Shown here piece by piece: positions 47,495 through 57,573 of a stretch of DNA of 57,573 nucleotides. The stretch is from assembly GCA_026389455.1 (NCBI GenBank), contig JAPLHV010000180.1, forward strand, positions 1 to 57,573, given 5' to 3'. The translations under genes and the position numbers were made by a program. The first letter of the stretch is position 1, and the number at the start of each line of letters is the position of its first letter. The stretch comes from Coprothermobacterota bacterium. GTDB taxonomy: Bacteria; Caldisericota; JANLFM01. The notes below the pieces were generated by a model, which was not told the origin of the DNA, ran no database searches, and saw only the letters and a program-made list of their open reading frames with translations.

Positions 47495-48409
47495 GTGCCC
47501 CCAGAGACTGCCCTTTTTCCGGGTTTCAGCGATCTCTTTCTGCGCCGGCTGAGCCTGCTGCGCTTCCGCCCGCGGCCTGGAATCCCTGGGAAAGGGGCTG
47601 GGGAGCACCTCGTACGAAAGGGTGGCGCCTCGGTAGAGTTCTCTGATTTTCGAACCTACACCCACGGCGATGACTTCCGCTTGGTGGATTGGAACTCCTA
47701 CGCCCGACTCGATCGCCTCTTCGTCAAGGTCTTCCGCGATGAAGAAGGATTCGTCTTGCACTTGCTCTTGGACCGCTCCCGATCGATGGATTGGGGCCAG
47801 CCGAACAAGCTGCTCTTCGCCCGCCGCCTGGCTGCCGCTTTGGGCTATGTCGCTCTTTCCGCTTACAACTGGGCCACCGTCCAAACCCTCCCGGACGAGT
47901 TGACAGCTCGCGGCAGCGCGTCCCTTTTCCCCGAACACCGCGGTCGCCGGATGATCCCCGAGCTGTTCCGCTTCCTGCGAGACTTGCCCACCGGTGGAGC
48001 TTGTGAGTTGGGCGCCGTTCTGGCTGAGTATGCTAGAAAACATCGTCAACCAGGCTTGCTGGTGATCCTCAGCGATGCGCTTTCCCCGCGGGGCATCGAA
48101 GGGGGGATCAACCGTCTCCTTGCGCTTGGCCATCAACTGGTCTTCCTCCATCTGTTGGCGCCGGATGAGATCGCCCCCACCCGGGCAGGCGAGTTCGAGC
48201 TGGTCGACAGCGAGTGGGGAGACCGGCTGGAAGTGTCCCTAGATCGCTTTTCTCTGCGTACATTCGCCATCTTCTTTGAGCGTTGGCGGCGAAGCTTGCA
48301 GGACTACTGCCAGTCGCGAGGAGTGCTCTACTTTCTCCTTCCAACCTCTCTGTCGATCGAGGAAGTGGTCCTTCACCGGCTCCTCCAGCGAGGACTTCTC
48401 CAGGCATGA
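47495..48409 (+). CDS. DUF58 domain protein
   Basis: EFSDFRTY..GDDFRLVDW, LDRSRSM. Confidence 0.9.
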   Translation: MPPETALFPGFSDLFLRRLSLLRFRPRPGIPGKGAGEHLVRKGGASVEFSDFRTYTHGDDFRLVDWNSYARLDRLFVKVFRDEEGFVLHLLLDRSRSMDWGQPNKLLFARRLAAALGYVALSAYNWATVQTLPDELTARGSASLFPEHRGRRMIPELFRFLRDLPTGGACELGAVLAEYARKHRQPGLLVILSDALSPRGIEGGINRLLALGHQLVFLHLLAPDEIAPTRAGEFELVDSEWGDRLEVSLDRFSLRTFAIFFERWRRSLQDYCQSRGVLYFLLPTSLSIEEVVLHRLLQRGLLQA

Positions 48410-50106
48410 TCTGGGTTCAACCGCTCTTCCTGCTCTCCCTGGCCTCCATCTTGGCACTGATCTTCATCTATCTCCGCCACCCCCGGCGGATGCGAAAGAG
48501 CGTGTCTCAAGTTTTCCTTTACCTGCGAGCGCGTCGCGAACTGCTGACCCGCTTTACCCGCTGGCGCTTCTTGCGCAGCTTGATCCTGCTATTTCAGGCG
48601 CTGACGCTGGTCTTCCTCGGCCTTGCCGCCGCCGGCCCGCAGACCAACCTCTACCCTCTGGCCGGCCGTCGTTGCGCCTTGGTGCTGGATAACTCGCTCT
48701 CGATGATGGCGCAAGATCTCACTCCGGACCGTTTCCAGGTGGCGCGGGAGAAAGCCCGTCAACTGGCCGGGGAGCTGCTCCGGGGCAACAATCAAGTCTC
48801 CTTGTGGGCGCTCAATTCCAAGCCCGGATTGGTACTCGACTTCACCGATGAGCTACCCGAGCTCCTGCAAGCCATCGATAACTTGGCGCCGAGCTTCTTA
48901 TCACCGACGTCCGCTGACGACTTGCTCGCTCTTTTGGCCGCTCGCGCCACAGGAGAGGCTTTGGTGGTCTACGTACTCTCAGACTTTGCCTTGGAGCTTA
49001 CCCCGCGGCAGTACCCCAATCTGGAATTGCACTCCTTGGTTGTGGGAGAACCCTTGCCCAATTACGCCTTGGTCGGGTGCGCCCGCGAAGGAGAGTCCCT
49101 GTGGGTGAAGGTGGCCAACTTCAGCCCCGCTGCTCGAACCTTGCACCTGGTGGTCGACGATGGGCTAGCGCCTTTGCAGCGCGAGCTTCCGCTGGAGGCC
49201 ATGGAGACGGTAGATCTCTCCATTCTGGTCGTCGGAACCCCGTCTCTCTTGCGTGTTTCCATTCAGGAAGAGGATCTTCAGCCCTGGGACAACTTTCTCT
49301 TCCTGCCCCTCACCGCGCCCCCGCGGGTTCTCCTGGTGGGGACTTCCCGCTACCTGGCCGGCGCCCTGGAATCGGCTGGCTTTCATGTCGTCCAGGTAGG
49401 GCCGGAGGACTACCGCCCGGAGATTCCCGCCGACCTTCTAGTCTTCGAAGGAACGCTGCCATCGGAGCTTCCGACAAAACCTTTCTTCGTCATCCACCCG
49501 CCTCCCGGAAATGCCTTTTTTCCCTGGACGGGGACTGTCACGAGGCCCCTTCTGTGGGCAGAAACGTCCCCACTGCTGGATTATGTGGATCTCGCACGGG
49601 TTGCTTTCTGGGAAGCCCCGATCATCAAGCTCTCGCCGACCATGCGCCCGCTTCTGCGAAGCGCTCAAACAACGGTCTTGGCGGCCGGACAGCAGCAAGG
49701 AATACGCACCATCCTCCTCGGACCGAGCCTGACCCTTTCCAACTTGCCCCTGCTGCCAGCCTTCCCAGTCTTCCTCGCCCAAGCCATGCGCTGGCTTTCC
49801 GGCGACCCCCTTCCCAACCAACCCTTGGAGGAGGAAGCCCTCCTTCTTTCCCCGCTGGTGGCTGACTACGCTGGGGGAGGCGATCCCCCCGGCCTCTACG
49901 GCCGCCAAGCGGCAGACGGCCTGCGTCTCTTCGGAGTAGCCCCACTGGAACAACAGGAGGCGAACCTGATTCGCCACACCGAGCTGGAGGGCTTGGGCGG
50001 TGTCAACGAACAGCGTACGGCGCCTCGCGACTTGACGATTTTATTCCTTATGTTGGCCTTATTCTCCTTCCTCTTAGAAGAACTGCTGCGCCGCCGCTAT
50101 GATTGA
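48406..50106 (+). CDS. BatA-like / vWA domain membrane protein
   Basis: N-terminal BatA-type TM segment, LDNSLSM MIDAS, C-terminal TM. Confidence 0.85.
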   Translation: MIWVQPLFLLSLASILALIFIYLRHPRRMRKSVSQVFLYLRARRELLTRFTRWRFLRSLILLFQALTLVFLGLAAAGPQTNLYPLAGRRCALVLDNSLSMMAQDLTPDRFQVAREKARQLAGELLRGNNQVSLWALNSKPGLVLDFTDELPELLQAIDNLAPSFLSPTSADDLLALLAARATGEALVVYVLSDFALELTPRQYPNLELHSLVVGEPLPNYALVGCAREGESLWVKVANFSPAARTLHLVVDDGLAPLQRELPLEAMETVDLSILVVGTPSLLRVSIQEEDLQPWDNFLFLPLTAPPRVLLVGTSRYLAGALESAGFHVVQVGPEDYRPEIPADLLVFEGTLPSELPTKPFFVIHPPPGNAFFPWTGTVTRPLLWAETSPLLDYVDLARVAFWEAPIIKLSPTMRPLLRSAQTTVLAAGQQQGIRTILLGPSLTLSNLPLLPAFPVFLAQAMRWLSGDPLPNQPLEEEALLLSPLVADYAGGGDPPGLYGRQAADGLRLFGVAPLEQQEANLIRHTELEGLGGVNEQRTAPRDLTILFLMLALFSFLLEELLRRRYD

Positions 50107-52534
50107 ACTGGACTCCCCCCTCTGGCTGTTGGCCTTGTCGGTTTTCCCTCTCTTCCTGCTGGGCTGGCGACAGCGCCGGCGAAGTCTTCAGGTCTTGCGC
50201 ATGGTCTCTTTTTTACTGCTCGTCTTGGCCCTCACCCTGCCGCAGTGGGTTCAACTGATGCCGGGCGGGACGATCCTCTACTTGGTGGACATCTCGCGTT
50301 CGGCTCAAGCCTCCTTGTCGTTGGAGGATCTCCCGCAAGGAAATGGAGTCAGCAATCAACTAGTCCCTTTCGGCGGCCCCCACGATACGGACCTGGGGAA
50401 GGCGCTCAGCGGAGCAGCAGCTTTGCTTTCGGTTGGCGAGGGGAAAGTTGTCCTGGTCAGTGACGGCCAGGACACGGCAGGCCGCTTGGACGAGGGGATC
50501 GCCGCCCTGGCCGATAAGCGGATCCCGGTCGATGTGGTGGGCACATCACTCCTGCTTAAGGATGCCTCTTTGCTCTTGTCGGCGCCGACCTACGTGGCGG
50601 TGGGCGAGCGGTTCTCACTCGTCGCCCGGATTCAGTCCCAGGGAGTCCCCGCTGTCCAGCTAAGCCTCCGCGCGGACGGGGTAGAAGTACACCAGGAACG
50701 ATTGGCGCTGCAAGAGGGGGAGAACCTCTTCCGTTTCTCCTTCGCTCTTTCGGAACCCGGCATTCACACCCTGGAAGGGCGCATCGCAGCTCCCGAGGAC
50801 ACCCTCAAAGAGAACGACGAGGCAAGCGCCTATCCTTCCGTGCTCGCTCCCCGGGGGATGCTGGTGGTCTCCTCCCAGCCGAACGGGGAGTTCTTCACCC
50901 GTCTCATCAAGGACCAGGGCTTGCCTGCTGTCCTCACTTCTCCATCGGATCTTCCGGCTGACTTTCTCTCTCTTTCCGCCTACGAGGGGATCGCCCTGAT
51001 CGATGTCTCACGAACCGAGTTGCAAACTCCTCAAGTGGCTGCTCTCTCCTCTTTCGTGCAAGTCTTGGGCGGCGGTCTCTTGGTGGTCGGCGGCGGGCAC
51101 TCTTTCACCTTGGGCGGCTATTTCCGCAGCGACTTGGAGGAGATCCTCCCAGTCGTCTCCAAGCCTCGCCTGGAGGAAGACCTCCCGGAGATGGCAGTGG
51201 TCTTCGTGGTAGACAACTCCTCATCGATGTGGAACCTCACCAGCGAAGTGAAGAAGCTGGACTTGGCCCAAGAGGTGGCCATTCGCGCCGCCGCCCCTCT
51301 GCGTGCCAAGGATCAAGTGGGGGTTCTGATCTTCTCCGATGCCGCCCAATGGCTTCTTCCCCTCGGCGCCGGCAGTGATTTCTCGGCGATCAAAGAAAAG
51401 ATCCTCACCGAAGGGCCAGGCGGGGGAACCAATGCCTACCTGGCTTTGAAAGAGGCCTACCGCCAACTGGCTGCTTCCAGTGCGCCTCTTAAGCATGTCA
51501 TCTTCGTCTCGGACGGCAAGACCAGGGAAGGCGATTTCCCCACTCTTGTCGAGGAGGGCCGGCGCCAAGGCATCTTCACCACTGCCTTGGCTGTGGGAAC
51601 CGATGCCGATTTGCCTTTCATGGAGACATTGGCACAGCTCGGGGAAGGCAAATACGCCGCAGTCAGCGCCCCGGACCAGATCCCTACTGTCCTTTACCCA
51701 CCCAACGAGGAGCGGCCGGAAGAACCGCTGGCCGAAGGGCCGGCCGGTCTCCGTCTCCTGGCGACGACCAGCAATCTGGAGGAATTCGCGCTACCAGACC
51801 TGGATGGCTACCTAAAAACTCAATTGAAACCGAAGGCAGAAGTGATCTACCAAGCGCTTCCGCGCGAGGAGCCGGCCCTTGCTTCTTGGATGCAGGGTTC
51901 CGGGCGAGTCGCGGTTTGGTTGTCCGATTTTTCCGGAGCTTGGACGGCGCCCTGGGAAACTTGGCCGCAGCAGGCTGCCTTTTGGACTGCCCTTTGGCGG
52001 TGGGCAGCGCCGGCTAGCAGCGAGTTGGCCACTTCCTTGCAGGTCGTCGGCGAGTCGTTGCAGATCGAGGTGGCTTCCTCCTCCTCAACTCCTCAGCTCC
52101 CGGCAGGGTGTCCTATGATCCTCTTGGAGGGACCGGATGGGCAATCCTTGCGGGCCCAAGCCGAGAGGACTGGTCCCTCCCGTTATCAAGCACGCGCGAT
52201 GCTCTGGGGAAGAGGCGCCTATACCCTGAATGTTTCTCAGGGGGAGCGCCAGTCTCTCTTTGCTGTCTGGGCGCCGGAACGGGAATTGATCGGGGTAGGG
52301 ATCGATTGGGGAACTCTAGGGCGAATTGCCCAAGAGACCGGCGGCCAATGGCAAAATGCTATCGGAGAAAATCTAATAAATAATCTCCCCCTTTCCTCCA
52401 GGAAGAACGCTATGGCGCCTTGGCTTCTCGTTGCTTGTATGCTTCTATTCTTGATGGAGATTGCTTTGCGGCGTTTCCAGGGAGTCGCGCGAAGGACCGT
52501 TGAGGAGGAGGGAGAGGGGGTTGACAGGGGCTAA
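50099..52534 (+). CDS. vWA + glutamine-amidotransferase-like domain membrane protein
   Basis: VDISRS and VDNSSSM MIDAS-like motifs, GGGLLVVGG..SF..GGY, C-terminal TM. Confidence 0.85.
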   Translation: MIELDSPLWLLALSVFPLFLLGWRQRRRSLQVLRMVSFLLLVLALTLPQWVQLMPGGTILYLVDISRSAQASLSLEDLPQGNGVSNQLVPFGGPHDTDLGKALSGAAALLSVGEGKVVLVSDGQDTAGRLDEGIAALADKRIPVDVVGTSLLLKDASLLLSAPTYVAVGERFSLVARIQSQGVPAVQLSLRADGVEVHQERLALQEGENLFRFSFALSEPGIHTLEGRIAAPEDTLKENDEASAYPSVLAPRGMLVVSSQPNGEFFTRLIKDQGLPAVLTSPSDLPADFLSLSAYEGIALIDVSRTELQTPQVAALSSFVQVLGGGLLVVGGGHSFTLGGYFRSDLEEILPVVSKPRLEEDLPEMAVVFVVDNSSSMWNLTSEVKKLDLAQEVAIRAAAPLRAKDQVGVLIFSDAAQWLLPLGAGSDFSAIKEKILTEGPGGGTNAYLALKEAYRQLAASSAPLKHVIFVSDGKTREGDFPTLVEEGRRQGIFTTALAVGTDADLPFMETLAQLGEGKYAAVSAPDQIPTVLYPPNEERPEEPLAEGPAGLRLLATTSNLEEFALPDLDGYLKTQLKPKAEVIYQALPREEPALASWMQGSGRVAVWLSDFSGAWTAPWETWPQQAAFWTALWRWAAPASSELATSLQVVGESLQIEVASSSSTPQLPAGCPMILLEGPDGQSLRAQAERTGPSRYQARAMLWGRGAYTLNVSQGERQSLFAVWAPERELIGVGIDWGTLGRIAQETGGQWQNAIGENLINNLPLSSRKNAMAPWLLVACMLLFLMEIALRRFQGVARRTVEEEGEGVDRG

Positions 52535-52550
52535 CCTTTTTCGATATAGT
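52521..52550 (+). promoter_or_regulatory. rRNA operon promoter
   Basis: TTGACA-18 bp-TATAGT; boxA-like CTTTGAAAACT at ~52656. Confidence 0.75.
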
Positions 52551-52745
52551 TACGTTCGTCCCTTCGGAAGCGAATGGAGTGGAAGAGCAGTAGGAAATGC
52601 AGGGATGCTTCAGGAAAGCTTCGAGGGATCTTAGGGGGAAATCCCCTGGGTTGTACTTTGAAAACTAAACAGTGTAGGCAAGCAGGTAAAAGGTAACTTG
52701 AACCTGTCATATTCCAGAGTTCATCTCCGTAAGGAGTGAAAATTT

Positions 52746-54323
<1,578 letters not shown>

Positions 54324-54530
54324 AAGGAACAGCGGGGTGCGGATTCCGCTGGAAAGGACGGGAGCCGTCCTTAGTTGGTCGGCAGTCCGATTCCTTCAAA
54401 GTCCTGCACTGTTTAGTTTTGAGGGTGCAACCCTCAGCGGGAGCGAAAGCGCCCGTGAGTCGCGAGACGCGGCTTGTTGAACCTTGAAAACTGCATAGGG
54501 TAGAAAACATAACTGCGATTTTGCTTGATA

Positions 54531-57553
<3,023 letters not shown>

Positions 57554-57573
57554 TATCAAGCTTTGTCATCTTC

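Overview
The window has two parts. Bases ~1-22,950 are the right-hand part of an integrated, phage-like mobile element with visibly lower GC than the rest. It ends in an XRE regulator, a tyrosine integrase and a duplicated 3' half of a tRNA-Lys(CTT), the att site. No capsid, tail or conjugation genes are recognisable in the part shown. Its cargo includes a NADAR-like/DUF488 fusion, two SLOG-family proteins, a macrodomain-like A1S_2505-type protein, a MoxR-type AAA+ ATPase with a DUF2201 metallopeptidase-vWA partner, a GP88-like protein, a large secreted RCC1-repeat protein and many small ORFans. It also carries a complete type II hammerhead ribozyme plus three degenerate relatives punctuating small genes, and an origin-like non-coding region. 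Bases ~23,000-57,573 are GC-rich host chromosome: pfkA, tRNA-Leu, yhaM-like, tig-clpP-lon (with CIRCE), thrS-infC-rpmI-rplT-pheST, a disrupted mpg, mutS2, an ISL3 remnant, tyrS, a MoxR/DUF58/vWA operon and a 16S-23S rRNA operon. The most unusual host signal is a family of ~18-bp micro-insertions (N6-CTGCC-NNN-GGCT) at about 14 loci. They often sit inside coding sequences and form tandem arrays, and they have hit mpg seven times. All family calls come from motif recognition by eye, not database searches.
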